Shown in pieces: positions 18,259 to 28,278 of a stretch of 64,000 nt of DNA. The position numbers and the translations under genes were made by a program. Position 1 is the first letter of the stretch; every line of letters begins with the position of its first letter. The notes beneath the pieces are model-generated. The model was not told the origin of the DNA. It worked only from the letters and a program-made list of their open reading frames with translations, and ran no database searches. Source of the DNA: Candidatus Thorarchaeota archaeon (GTDB lineage Archaea; Asgardarchaeota; Thorarchaeia; Thorarchaeales; Thorarchaeaceae); the NCBI GenBank assembly GCA_048882325.1, contig JBHLRS010000002.1:96001-160000 (forward strand), read 5' to 3'.

Positions 18259-19659
18259 ATGTGTGGAGTGTTGGGAATTCTAGGAGAATTTTCTTTGAGT
18301 GGTGCGAGAGACCTACTACTCTTGTTAACACATAGAGGGCAGGACGCCTCAGGACTGCTATGGATGGAGGGTGATGATGTTAACGTGGCGAGGGCAATGG
18401 GTAGTCCAGCGAGAATTAAGCTCCCCGCTGAAATGAGTCATTTCATTCTTGGTAGCACTAGGTATCCAACTGTGGGTCGTCGAGTAGCTTCAGAAGATGA
18501 TTTGCAGACTTTTGTTGGACCGTTTCATCACGGGTCTGTGTCACTTACGCATAATGGGAATATAACGAATCTCAGCACACTATCGTCAAGAGAGTATGAT
18601 TGTGACTCTGAGTTTCTTACAGAGAGGTTGTCATGCAACATTGAGGCATGTGACGGGAATCTAGCAAAAGCATTCAAGGTCTTGGAAACAGAGGTCGATG
18701 GAGCATTTAGTGTGGTTGGAATCTTTGACAACAGACTGTTTGCTTATCGGGACAGCAGAGGATTCAAACCTCTAGTTTTTGGTCGAAATGGCGACACCAC
18801 GATTGTTGCATCAGAAAGCACAGTTCTTGATATGGCGGAAGTAACGCTTGAACGTGACGTATATCCAGGAGAGCTATTAATTTTCGACAAAGGTGGTGTC
18901 ATGGAGTCACATTCGATTTTTCAGAACGAACTACATTCTCATTGTTTCTTCGAGTACGTTTATTTTGCGCATCCTGCAGCCATGTTGGAGAATCAGCTTG
19001 TATACGACGTGAGATTCAGATTGGGCAGAGCTCTTGCGCAGACTTTTCTTCGCCTAGGCCTTGAACCCCCAGATTATGTTGCCCCAGTTCCGGACACAAG
19101 CAGACCAGCTGCGCAAGCTATGTCAGAGGTTCTGCAGGTCCCCATGAGAGAGATTATTCTGAAGAACCGATATCTTGGCCGAACATTCATCATGAGGTCG
19201 CAGGAAGAAAGAGACTCCGTTGCACATAACAAATACATCTACCTGGATGATAAAATCAATGGAAAGAACATTCTAGTTGTGGATGACTCCATAGTGAGAG
19301 GGACCACTGCAAGAAAGATAGTACGAGACCTCAAGAAACGTGGGGCAGTCAAAGTATACTTCGCTGTCACCTGTCCACCACAAACCCACCCCTGCTATTA
19401 TGGAATTGATATCTCAACAGATCGAGAATTAATAGCTTCGACATCTAGTATTGAGGAAATTGCAGATTTTGTGCAAGCAGATGCCTTAGTCTATCAGGAA
19501 ACCATAACACTCGAAAACGCAATTGGGCTCAAGGACCTATGTGTGGCATGTCTGGATGGGAAATATCCTACTGAGTATGCACAAAGGATTCGTGAGAAGG
19601 TTCAAGAGATTGGAACTACAACTACAGGGCGTGATTATGAGAGGGATTTGTCAGAATGA
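18259..19659 (+). CDS. purF: Amidophosphoribosyltransferase
   Basis: N-terminal MCG (ATG 18259), HRGQDA, HNGNI, CFFEYVYFA, VVDDSIVRGTT, PCYYGID, LCVAC Fe-S ligands. Confidence 0.95.
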   Translation: MCGVLGILGEFSLSGARDLLLLLTHRGQDASGLLWMEGDDVNVARAMGSPARIKLPAEMSHFILGSTRYPTVGRRVASEDDLQTFVGPFHHGSVSLTHNGNITNLSTLSSREYDCDSEFLTERLSCNIEACDGNLAKAFKVLETEVDGAFSVVGIFDNRLFAYRDSRGFKPLVFGRNGDTTIVASESTVLDMAEVTLERDVYPGELLIFDKGGVMESHSIFQNELHSHCFFEYVYFAHPAAMLENQLVYDVRFRLGRALAQTFLRLGLEPPDYVAPVPDTSRPAAQAMSEVLQVPMREIILKNRYLGRTFIMRSQEERDSVAHNKYIYLDDKINGKNILVVDDSIVRGTTARKIVRDLKKRGAVKVYFAVTCPPQTHPCYYGIDISTDRELIASTSSIEEIADFVQADALVYQETITLENAIGLKDLCVACLDGKYPTEYAQRIREKVQEIGTTTTGRDYERDLSE

Positions 19660-20609
19660 AGATTGGAACAATCGCGAGTCATAGTGCCCTGAACATCATC
19701 TCAGGTGCAAGGGTAGAGGGGTTTGAAACAGAACTATACTGTCCCTCAAATCGCGTGGCATTCTATAGTTCATTTGGTCTTGAGAAGTCAATTGTTGAAA
19801 TCGAGTCGTTTGAACAGATTCTGGAACTGGATCTCTCAGATGTAATCTTGGTTCCTCATGGGTCATTTGTTGCTTACATCGGAGCTGACAAGATTCTGAA
19901 AGCAGACGTGAGGATGTTTGGAAACAAAGAGCTTCTAAGATGGGAGGAAGACCGGAAACTAAAATCCAAACTGATGAGAGAAGCTGGTTTCAATCTACCT
20001 GTGGAATACGCTTCTTTAGAAGACATCGATAGTCCGGTCATCGCTAAGACGCACGGAGCTGCGGGGGGTAATGGTTATTTTATAGCGAAGACCGCTGCTG
20101 AAGCTCAGAGGAAAGCAAATTCCTCCATCGAATACACATTCCAAGAGTACATTGTTGGAACCAAAGTCTTTGTTACTTACTTCAACTCTTTGGCAAAAAG
20201 GAGAACAGAAGTCTTTGGAGCTGACATAAGATACGAAACAGATGCTGACGCCAATCTTCGGTTCGATGACACGCCAAGTTTCATTGTGATAGGAAATATT
20301 CCAGTTGTGCTGCGCGAGTCGATGCTAGGCAAATACTTTGACATGGGAGTGGCTTTTGTGAACGCTTTCAAGCGCCTTTCGAATCAGGATTTGAGCGGAC
20401 CATTTTGTATCGAAACAATCATTGACAAGGAGCAAAAGATCCATAGCTTTGAATTCAGTGGGAGAATAGTTGCTGGAACCAATATCTGGATACCGTCATC
20501 CCCATATTCGTATCTTCAGTTTGGTGAAGCTGTGTGGATGGGTCGGAGAATAGCTATCGAGATACGAGAACTCATGGACCAAGGAAGATTGGACGAAGCA
20601 CTGCGGTGA
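19656..20609 (+). CDS. purP: PurP-family ATP-grasp ligase (formate-dependent AICAR formylation), paralogue 1
   Basis: IGTIASHSAL, PHGSFVAY, FGNK, GGNGYF, RYET, GNIPVVLRES, GPFCIE, FEFSGRIVAGTN, MGRRIA. Confidence 0.9.
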   Translation: MKIGTIASHSALNIISGARVEGFETELYCPSNRVAFYSSFGLEKSIVEIESFEQILELDLSDVILVPHGSFVAYIGADKILKADVRMFGNKELLRWEEDRKLKSKLMREAGFNLPVEYASLEDIDSPVIAKTHGAAGGNGYFIAKTAAEAQRKANSSIEYTFQEYIVGTKVFVTYFNSLAKRRTEVFGADIRYETDADANLRFDDTPSFIVIGNIPVVLRESMLGKYFDMGVAFVNAFKRLSNQDLSGPFCIETIIDKEQKIHSFEFSGRIVAGTNIWIPSSPYSYLQFGEAVWMGRRIAIEIRELMDQGRLDEALR

Positions 20610-20612
20610 AAA

Positions 20613-21698
20613 ATGATGAATGGTGAAAAATTACCAACAATCGGGATGATCGGTTCTCATAGTGCTGAAGAGATTGGTGTTGCAGCACGGTCTCATGGTT
20701 TTCATACAGTCATTGTATGTCAGAAGGGACGCGAAAAATTGTATTCCCATTATAACCAACATCTCTACGATGACATCATTGTTCTGGACCATTTCAAGGA
20801 CATTCTTCGAGAGGACATCCAGAATAGACTACTAGAATTAAACACACTATGGATTCCCAACAGATCATTCTCGGTCTATATCGGATATGATGAAATTGAG
20901 AATGAGTTCAGAATTCCTCTCTATGGAAACAGGATGATACTGCGTGTGGAAGAGAGAGGGTTTCCAAAGGACCAATATTGGTTACTCAAAGAGTCAGGTA
21001 TTAGAGTCCCCCAATCATTCACCCCAGATTCGATTGACAGACTGGCTATTATCAAGGTCCAGCAAAAAGACAAGCCATTAGAAAGAGCATTCTTCTTTGC
21101 CAATTCACCTTCTGATTATGAAAAGGAGAGCACCTCATTGATCGAAGATGGTGTAATTTCGGAAGAAGACTTGAAGAAGGCAATCATCGAGGAGTTTGTG
21201 CTTGCTCCTCGATTTAATGCAAATTTCCAGGCCTATGGTATGAACCATCTTTTTGGTAATCTTGATCTTGTAGGCTTCGATGACCGAATTCAGACCACAC
21301 TGTCAGGATTACTTAACCTTCCGGCAAAGGAACAGATGAAACTCGAAGTTAAGGTGGTGAATGAAGAAGTGGGTCACAAAGGAATAACAATGCGTGAGAG
21401 CAAGAAATCACTTGTCTACGAGGCAGCAGAGCATTTGCTCGAAGGTGTGCAGAAACACTTCCCACCCAAGATGATAGGTCTCTTTTCGCTACAGGGAGCG
21501 ATAACGGACGAATCCGAGTTCATTGTCTTTGATCTTAGCCCGCGCGTTCCTGGTGCACCATGCGTTGGTCCCACAAGTCCAGAGATGAGACGATTATCTC
21601 TCAAGTTCAAGTCTGATATACGATCACCTCTCGATCTCTGCATGATAGATATCAAAGCCGCAGCAAAAAGTGGGAATATCAAAGAGGTGTCGACATGA
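20613..21698 (+). CDS. PurP-like (DUF1297) ATP-grasp protein, paralogue 2
   Basis: IGSHSA, QKGRE, PNRSF, ERAFFFA, EEVGH, MRES, FSLQG, FDLSPRVPG. Confidence 0.85.
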   Translation: MMNGEKLPTIGMIGSHSAEEIGVAARSHGFHTVIVCQKGREKLYSHYNQHLYDDIIVLDHFKDILREDIQNRLLELNTLWIPNRSFSVYIGYDEIENEFRIPLYGNRMILRVEERGFPKDQYWLLKESGIRVPQSFTPDSIDRLAIIKVQQKDKPLERAFFFANSPSDYEKESTSLIEDGVISEEDLKKAIIEEFVLAPRFNANFQAYGMNHLFGNLDLVGFDDRIQTTLSGLLNLPAKEQMKLEVKVVNEEVGHKGITMRESKKSLVYEAAEHLLEGVQKHFPPKMIGLFSLQGAITDESEFIVFDLSPRVPGAPCVGPTSPEMRRLSLKFKSDIRSPLDLCMIDIKAAAKSGNIKEVST

Positions 21699-21747
21699 TT
21701 AAAACCAGCTCAAATTGCGACAAATTCAATCCAACGGAGATGACAGC

Positions 21748-22713
21748 ATGAAGCTGATTCATGAAGGAAAAGTCAAGAAAGTCTTCCAAGACCCTGGTTC
21801 CACAGATAGAGTGGTCATTGAATTCACAGACACTGTCACAGCAGGTGATGGCGAGAAGAAGGAGGAAATTGAGGGCAAGGGAGAGCTTGCGTGTAGAATG
21901 ACCGAGTATCTACTTGGATATCTTGAGGGAAAAGGTATCGATACACACTTTGTAAAGCCCCTTGATGGTCCGCAGATGTTAGCAAGGAAGGTTGACATCT
22001 ATCCCATGGAAGTGGTTTGCAGAAACATTGCTGCAGGTTCTTTTTGTCGACGATATGGAGTCGAAAAAGGAACAGTTCTAGAAAAACCTCTTGTTGAGTT
22101 TTTCGTTAAAGATGATAACCTACATGATCCATTGATCACACCGGAAGCTATCATCAGTCTCGGACTGGTATCAGATAAGAATCTACAATTCATGCGTTCA
22201 GTCACCCTCTCGTCAAACTACTATCTTGTAGAGCTATTGAAACAGCAGGGTCTCACTTTGGTGGACTTTAAACTCGAATTTGGTTGCACAGAAGCTGGAC
22301 ACATCGTCATTGCGGATGAGCTCTCAGGTGACACAATGAGAGTTTGGGATGAGAAGTCAAAATCCCTGGACAAAGATGTGTTTCGCGAAGATAAAGGAGA
22401 TCTCATTGAGGTCTATTCAAAACTCGTTGACTCACTGTTGAGTGCTAAGCCAGAGGATGTAAGTAACCGAAACGAAATGATTCAGGTAGTGGTCCAACCA
22501 AAGAGTGGAATAAAAAACCCACCAGGAGAAGTAACCAAAAAAGCATTGATTCGGTTGGGATTTGGTGAAGCAGAGGAAGTTCGAGTAGGAAAGATCTTCA
22601 ACATTTTGCTTCAAAAACCTGTGACTTCTGAAATTCTTAACCAACTCAGTATCATGAACATCAAACTACTATCAAATCCTATATCAGAGAAACATGAGGT
22701 GAGTCTCGACTAG
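21748..22713 (+). CDS. purC: SAICAR synthetase fused to a C-terminal PurS domain (PurC-PurS)
   Basis: EGKVK, EVVCRNIAAGS, KDDNLHDP, LVDFKLEFG, ADE, DKDVFR. From 22477 a PurS pattern follows: PKSGIKNPPG, LGF, VRVGK, KLLSNP. Confidence 0.92.
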   Translation: MKLIHEGKVKKVFQDPGSTDRVVIEFTDTVTAGDGEKKEEIEGKGELACRMTEYLLGYLEGKGIDTHFVKPLDGPQMLARKVDIYPMEVVCRNIAAGSFCRRYGVEKGTVLEKPLVEFFVKDDNLHDPLITPEAIISLGLVSDKNLQFMRSVTLSSNYYLVELLKQQGLTLVDFKLEFGCTEAGHIVIADELSGDTMRVWDEKSKSLDKDVFREDKGDLIEVYSKLVDSLLSAKPEDVSNRNEMIQVVVQPKSGIKNPPGEVTKKALIRLGFGEAEEVRVGKIFNILLQKPVTSEILNQLSIMNIKLLSNPISEKHEVSLD

Positions 22714-23405
22714 TGTCAATCGCAGTGATTCGTTTTCCGGGGACCAACAATGAAAATGATGTATTAAGGGCACTCGAACAGATTCCAAGAGCTAAACCGT
22801 ACCTCGTGCCCAGTAGAAAAGGTCTTGCGGGTCTGAAAGATGCAGATGCGGTGGTTATTCCGGGTGGTTTCTCTTATGGAGACTACTTGAGGGCGGGAGC
22901 TATAGCTTCAGTTGAGGTCATTGTTGAAGGTATCCGAGATCTAGCGGATGATGGAAAACCAGTTCTTGGAATTTGCAATGGATTTCAGATTCTTGCTGAA
23001 ACGGGATTATTACCTGGAGCTTTGTTACCAAATCAGTCAGCTCGATTCATTTGCAAGTGGGTCTATCTAAAAGTAAGTGAAGAAGTTTCATTATTCACAG
23101 AGAACATGGAGAATGCAGTTATTAGATTACCAATAGCCCATGCAGAGGGTAATTACTTCTGTCCTGATGACTACTTGGTTGCATTGAAGGAGGAAGGACG
23201 AATACCATTTAGGTATTGCGACGCACAAGGCGAGGTCGCAGAAAATTGCAATCCAAATGGGTCAATCGAGAATATTGCAGGAGTAACAAATCAACGAGGT
23301 AATGTGCTTGGAATGATGCCACATCCAGAGAGAGCTGCAAGACCTATCTTGGGCTCTTCAGATGGGTTGCATATTTTTGAGAATTTTGTGAGGGCAGCAA
23401 AATGA
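22713..23405 (+). CDS. purQ: FGAM synthase glutaminase subunit
   Basis: FPGTN, PGGFSYGDYLR, GICNGFQ, PIAHAEG, NPNGS, MMPHPER. Confidence 0.95.
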   Translation: MSIAVIRFPGTNNENDVLRALEQIPRAKPYLVPSRKGLAGLKDADAVVIPGGFSYGDYLRAGAIASVEVIVEGIRDLADDGKPVLGICNGFQILAETGLLPGALLPNQSARFICKWVYLKVSEEVSLFTENMENAVIRLPIAHAEGNYFCPDDYLVALKEEGRIPFRYCDAQGEVAENCNPNGSIENIAGVTNQRGNVLGMMPHPERAARPILGSSDGLHIFENFVRAAK

Positions 23406-25570
23406 TCACAAAGGAGGAACTCCAACATGCGACGAAGGTTCTTGGACGTGAACCTACCAAGACCGAGCTCGGAATGTTGGATGTCTTGTGGTCAGAGCAT
23501 TGTAGCTATAAGAGTAGCAAAAGGTGGTTCTATCTTTTCAAGACAAAAGCTGATAATGTCGCTCTTGGAATTGGAGAGGGTGCGGGACTTGTTGACATAG
23601 GTAGGGGATACTATGTGGGAGTAGCAATGGAGTCCCACAATCATCCAAGCCAGATTGATCCTTACAATGGTGCCGCAACTGGAGTTGGTGGAATTATTCG
23701 AGATGTCATATCACAGGGGTGCAAGGCTGTAGGTCTGATGAATTGCCTTAGATTCGGCCACCCTAACAAACCCCATAACGCGTATCTGCTCGAGAATGTC
23801 GTTCGAGGAATCTCTGATTATGGAAACAGTGTCGGAATACCAGTAGTGGGTGGTGAGATTGAGTTCGATGAGTCATACGATGACAACTGCCTGGTCAACG
23901 TAGCTTGCATAGGATATGTCAAACCTGAAAAGGTTGTGCGCAGCAGTGCTAGAACTCCAGGGCATTATCTTGTCATGTTTGGCTCGACTACCGGTCGCGA
24001 TGGTATTGCAGGTGTGAGTTTTGCGTCTGAAACATTTTCAGATGAAGAAGCAGAGAAACGAAGTGCGGTTCAGATTGGAGATCCACTAGCTAAGAAAGTA
24101 GTCATTGACACACTGACTGAGCTAATTGATGAGGAACTGATTGACGGTCTCCAAGATTTCGGAGGTGGGGGGATGACTTCAGCTGCAGGAGAACTAGCGC
24201 ATGCAGGCGGAACTGGAGTAGAGATTGACTTGGAGAAAGTCCCTCTTAGAGAAGACGACATGGACCCATCCGAGATTGTCATATCTGAGTCACAAGAAAG
24301 AATGCTTGCAATCATCGCTCCTGAGAATCTTGATCGTGTCATTACCCTTCTGGAGAAGAATGACACGCCCTACGCAGTGATTGGGAAAGTCACTGATGAT
24401 GGCTATTATACTGCTAAATATGAGGGAGAAGTTCTTGCGAAACTACCAATCAGTCTTCTCGTAGATGGATATCCTAATCCAGAGAGAGTCGAAGGTAAAA
24501 TACCAGCTCAAACTGATTCTTTGACATGGTTCAAGGAACCAGAGGATTATCCAGAAACCATATTGACATTGCTTCAATCAAACAACATCTGCGACCGCTC
24601 TTGGGTCTACAGCCAGTATGACCAACATGTCCAGACAAATACTGTCATCGACTTGGGACAGAATGCTGGAGTCCTAGAGTTTCCTAATGGTAGACTTCTA
24701 GCCTTCACAAGTGACTGCAACTCATTCTGGTGTAAGCTAGATCCACAAACTGGAACCGCTAACTCTGCGGCAGAAGCACTGCGAAACATTGTCGCAATGG
24801 GAGCTCGACCTCTCTTCATCGCGGACTGTTTGAATTTTGGGAATCCAGAAAGACCAGAATCCTACGCTGAATTCGTTGAATCAGTTAGAGGATTGGGACG
24901 ATTTTCTCACGACTTCGATATACCTATTGTGGGAGGGAATGTATCTCTCTACAACGAGTCGATGGTAGATGGGAAAAATAGAAGGATTAATCCGACCCCT
25001 CAGGTTATGATAGCTGGAATTTTCAATCAAGGATTTACACCAATTAAAAGAAATCTTGTGACTCCATGGGCTAATATATTTCTAGTTGGAGAAACATTTC
25101 CAGACCTTAATGGAAGCGAGTATCAGAGGATGGTATCGGGATCTGTAAAAGGTGAACCGCCAAAATACAGGCCCATCTGGGAGAAACGTTCAATGAATGT
25201 GATACTCGATGCGCATGAGAGAGGTCTCATCCGTTCATGTAACAATGTGGGTCGGGGAGGTATTGCTATAGCCCTCATGAAAATGGTAATGAAAAGCGAG
25301 TATGGATTTACACTCGATATGGACTACATTCCAGGAACGGTGAATAGTCTGGCCCAGGGTCTTTTCTCTGAAACCGCCTCTCGATATCTGGCAGAAGTCA
25401 CTGAGAGTAATCAGCCTGAGTTCTTAAAATTAGTAGAAAAACATGAAACAACAGTTTGTGAACTTGGACTCACAACACAGGAACCCATTGCAGACTTTGG
25501 AAGATTCATGATTCCAATAGACAAAACAAAGTCCGCTTTCAAGAACGGATTTAGCAGGTTTCTGGAGTGA
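23402..25570 (+). CDS. purL: FGAM synthase subunit II (small PurL)
   Basis: WSEHCSYKS, ESHNHPS, GAATGVGG, SESQERM, CLNFGNP, GGNVSLYNE. Confidence 0.95.
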   Translation: MITKEELQHATKVLGREPTKTELGMLDVLWSEHCSYKSSKRWFYLFKTKADNVALGIGEGAGLVDIGRGYYVGVAMESHNHPSQIDPYNGAATGVGGIIRDVISQGCKAVGLMNCLRFGHPNKPHNAYLLENVVRGISDYGNSVGIPVVGGEIEFDESYDDNCLVNVACIGYVKPEKVVRSSARTPGHYLVMFGSTTGRDGIAGVSFASETFSDEEAEKRSAVQIGDPLAKKVVIDTLTELIDEELIDGLQDFGGGGMTSAAGELAHAGGTGVEIDLEKVPLREDDMDPSEIVISESQERMLAIIAPENLDRVITLLEKNDTPYAVIGKVTDDGYYTAKYEGEVLAKLPISLLVDGYPNPERVEGKIPAQTDSLTWFKEPEDYPETILTLLQSNNICDRSWVYSQYDQHVQTNTVIDLGQNAGVLEFPNGRLLAFTSDCNSFWCKLDPQTGTANSAAEALRNIVAMGARPLFIADCLNFGNPERPESYAEFVESVRGLGRFSHDFDIPIVGGNVSLYNESMVDGKNRRINPTPQVMIAGIFNQGFTPIKRNLVTPWANIFLVGETFPDLNGSEYQRMVSGSVKGEPPKYRPIWEKRSMNVILDAHERGLIRSCNNVGRGGIAIALMKMVMKSEYGFTLDMDYIPGTVNSLAQGLFSETASRYLAEVTESNQPEFLKLVEKHETTVCELGLTTQEPIADFGRFMIPIDKTKSAFKNGFSRFLE

Positions 25571-25576
25571 TGCCAA

Positions 25577-27013
25577 TTGTCGAGAGTTCTCATCATTGCC
25601 GGTAGTGCAAACGACAAGCCAATTGTTGAGAAGGCGACAGTAGTCCTAGATGAACTGGGTATTATCTATCGGGTCGAATATGCATCAGCTCATAGAGAGC
25701 CAGATAAGGTAAGACAGATTGTCACTTCCTGTAGTGAGGATGTTATCATTGCCATTGCTGGGTTAGCCGCTGCACTTCCAGGAGTAGTCGCATCACATAC
25801 GCACAAACCTGTAATCGGAGTCCCAGTGAAGGTTGCTCTGGATGGACTTGATGCGCTCCTCTCAATGATGCAGATGCCAAAAGGAGTTCCAGTAGCTACT
25901 GTTGGGATAGACAATGGACAAAATGCAGCCCATCTTGCTGCGAGAATTCTAAATGTTTCTGGGACAAGACCACAAGAGGTGCCTCACTCATATGCAGAAG
26001 CAGGTGTGGATGAGGTGAAGATTGCAGATGTACTCAAGATTCTTGGTAAGTATGTGAAAGAGTCATTTGAGCATGGAGAAGTAATGCATGAATATGGTCA
26101 CTATGCAAACACCGTGAAGATAAAGGATGACCTCTGTCTTGCGCTATCAACAGATGGTGTGGGAAGTAAGATTCTAGTTGCTGAGCTTGCCAATAAATAC
26201 GACACCATTGGTATTGATTGTGTCGCTATGAACGTGAATGACCTGATTTGTGTTGGCGCGACACCTGTCGGATTTGTCGACTATCTAGCGATGGAAAAGC
26301 CACTGGCTGCAAATATCGTAGCGGAGATTGGAGCAGGACTGCTTGAAGGTTGCAGAGAATCAACGATACCTATTCTTGGAGGAGAAACCGCGATACTTCC
26401 AGATATGATTCGGGGAGTAAAGAGTAATGGACTGGATCTTGCAGGGACTGCTGTTGGACTTAGCCATCCTTCAGAGTTGATTGATGGAAGTTCTATCAAA
26501 GGGGGTGATGCAATTCTTGGTGTTTCTTCCAGTGGTCTGCACTCAAATGGATTTACACTAACACGAAAAGTGCTTCTATCAAAATACAAGATAACTGACA
26601 AGCTGCCTTGGGAAACTCCAATTGCTGAAGAACTCCTCGAGCCCACTCGCATATATGTCCCCCATTTTAAAGCACTCAAAAAAGAAGGAATTGATATCCG
26701 AGGTCTTGCGCATATCACAGGCTCGGGCTTTAGAAAGCTGATGCGCCTTGGACATCATCGGTACAAGATCGAAAAGTTCCCGGACATTCCATTGATATTC
26801 CAACTTATCCGTGAGGTAGGGAGGATTGAGATGTCTGAGATGTTCACTACATTCAACATGGGTATAGGATTGATAGTGATAGTACCAGAGAGAGAAAGTG
26901 TGAGAGCTCTTAATGTCCTGAACCAGATACATGAAAGCTATAGTTTGGGAGTCATCGAAGAGTCAAAACACGGCGTGGTTGAGATATCACAATATGGGGT
27001 GACAATCGAGTGA
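25577..27013 (+). CDS. purM: PurE (AIR carboxylase family)-PurM (AIR synthetase) fusion
   Basis: aa 1-125 are PurE: [32 protein letters not shown]. From ~25988 PurM: [46 protein letters not shown]. Confidence 0.93.
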   Translation: MSRVLIIAGSANDKPIVEKATVVLDELGIIYRVEYASAHREPDKVRQIVTSCSEDVIIAIAGLAAALPGVVASHTHKPVIGVPVKVALDGLDALLSMMQMPKGVPVATVGIDNGQNAAHLAARILNVSGTRPQEVPHSYAEAGVDEVKIADVLKILGKYVKESFEHGEVMHEYGHYANTVKIKDDLCLALSTDGVGSKILVAELANKYDTIGIDCVAMNVNDLICVGATPVGFVDYLAMEKPLAANIVAEIGAGLLEGCRESTIPILGGETAILPDMIRGVKSNGLDLAGTAVGLSHPSELIDGSSIKGGDAILGVSSSGLHSNGFTLTRKVLLSKYKITDKLPWETPIAEELLEPTRIYVPHFKALKKEGIDIRGLAHITGSGFRKLMRLGHHRYKIEKFPDIPLIFQLIREVGRIEMSEMFTTFNMGIGLIVIVPERESVRALNVLNQIHESYSLGVIEESKHGVVEISQYGVTIE

Positions 27014-28263
27014 CACGTGTGCTGTTAATAGGTAATGGAGCGAGAGAACATGCTATCGCCACAGCATTGGTTCATTCAGGTGTTGAAATAATAGCACACA
27101 TGGACAGAATGAATCCAGGTATTGCAAAGTTAGCCAACAAAGTGTCAATAAACTCCATTCTTGACTTTAGGAAGCTACCGGACCTTAGTGGGATAGACTA
27201 TGCCTTTATTGGACCTGAAGCTCCGTTGGCTAGTGGTGTTTCCGATTTTCTTAATGGACAAGGAGTTCCTTGCGTGGCACCAAGCAAGACCGCTGCAATG
27301 ATTGAAACAAGCAAATCATTCGCAAGAAGAATACTGCAGGACACCACTCCAGACGCAAATCCAAGGCATTCGATTGTTAGGAGCCTTGATGATCTTAGAA
27401 GGTTTGAGGACGTCATAGGTGTTGAGAATATTGTTGTCAAGCCTGACGGATTGACTGGTGGTAAAGGGGTCAAGATCTTCGGAGAACACCTCCATTCACG
27501 CACAGAATTGGAAAAGTATGCTGTAAGAGAGTTGAGTGCAAAAGGTGTTGTAGTGTTAGAGGAAAAGTTGGAGGGCATCGAGTTCACAGTACAGGCATTT
27601 GTTGACGGTGCAAAATTAGTGACAATGCCATTAGTCAGAGACTACAAGAGAGCATATGATGGTGACAAAGGTCCAAATACTGGCTCAATGGGATCATACT
27701 CGACAGAAAATCATGGACTTTCTTTTGTTGATGAGGAAGATCTTTCAAAAGCAAAACTGATCATGCAAGCGACAATTGACAGGATTAAGAAGGTGACCCG
27801 AACAGAGTACAAGGGTATTCTCTATGGTCAGTTCATGAAGACAGAGACTCGAATCAAGGTCATAGAGTACAATGCTAGATTTGGAGACCCTGAAGCATTG
27901 AATGTATTATCAATCTTGAACTCATCAATGGATGTGATTTGCCAACAAATCATAGATGGTAGATTAACAAATGCATTCTTTGAAAAAGCTGCCACTGTCT
28001 GTGTCTATGTTGTACCAGAAGGATATCCTGAACCGGAGGTGATCAAAGACAGCCCAATTGACACGAGTGTTGCATCTACTGCTGATATTTACTATGCTTC
28101 TGTATATGAAAAGGATGGGCAAATCCTGACAACTGGAAGTAGGGCTGTTGGTGTGCTTGCCAAAGGAAACTCAGTTGCTCAAGCAAAAGAGATTGCATAT
28201 GCTAATGCCTCAAGAATCAAGGGAAAGGTGAGATATAGATCGGATATTGCACAGGATGCTTAG
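27010..28263 (+). CDS. purD: Phosphoribosylamine-glycine ligase
   Basis: [58 protein letters not shown]. Confidence 0.95.
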   Translation: MTRVLLIGNGAREHAIATALVHSGVEIIAHMDRMNPGIAKLANKVSINSILDFRKLPDLSGIDYAFIGPEAPLASGVSDFLNGQGVPCVAPSKTAAMIETSKSFARRILQDTTPDANPRHSIVRSLDDLRRFEDVIGVENIVVKPDGLTGGKGVKIFGEHLHSRTELEKYAVRELSAKGVVVLEEKLEGIEFTVQAFVDGAKLVTMPLVRDYKRAYDGDKGPNTGSMGSYSTENHGLSFVDEEDLSKAKLIMQATIDRIKKVTRTEYKGILYGQFMKTETRIKVIEYNARFGDPEALNVLSILNSSMDVICQQIIDGRLTNAFFEKAATVCVYVVPEGYPEPEVIKDSPIDTSVASTADIYYASVYEKDGQILTTGSRAVGVLAKGNSVAQAKEIAYANASRIKGKVRYRSDIAQDA

Positions 28264-28278
28264 ATAGAGGCGATTGTC

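Noticed and set aside
20607-20615. In-frame TGA between consecutive genes (purP/purP', also arcC/ridA at 5712 and purL/purE at 25568) as selenocysteine or readthrough fusions
   Set aside because: Each upstream protein is complete and the TGA does not align with a catalytic Cys. In the pur cases the stop overlaps the GTGA-type SD of the next gene. No SECIS was recognised.
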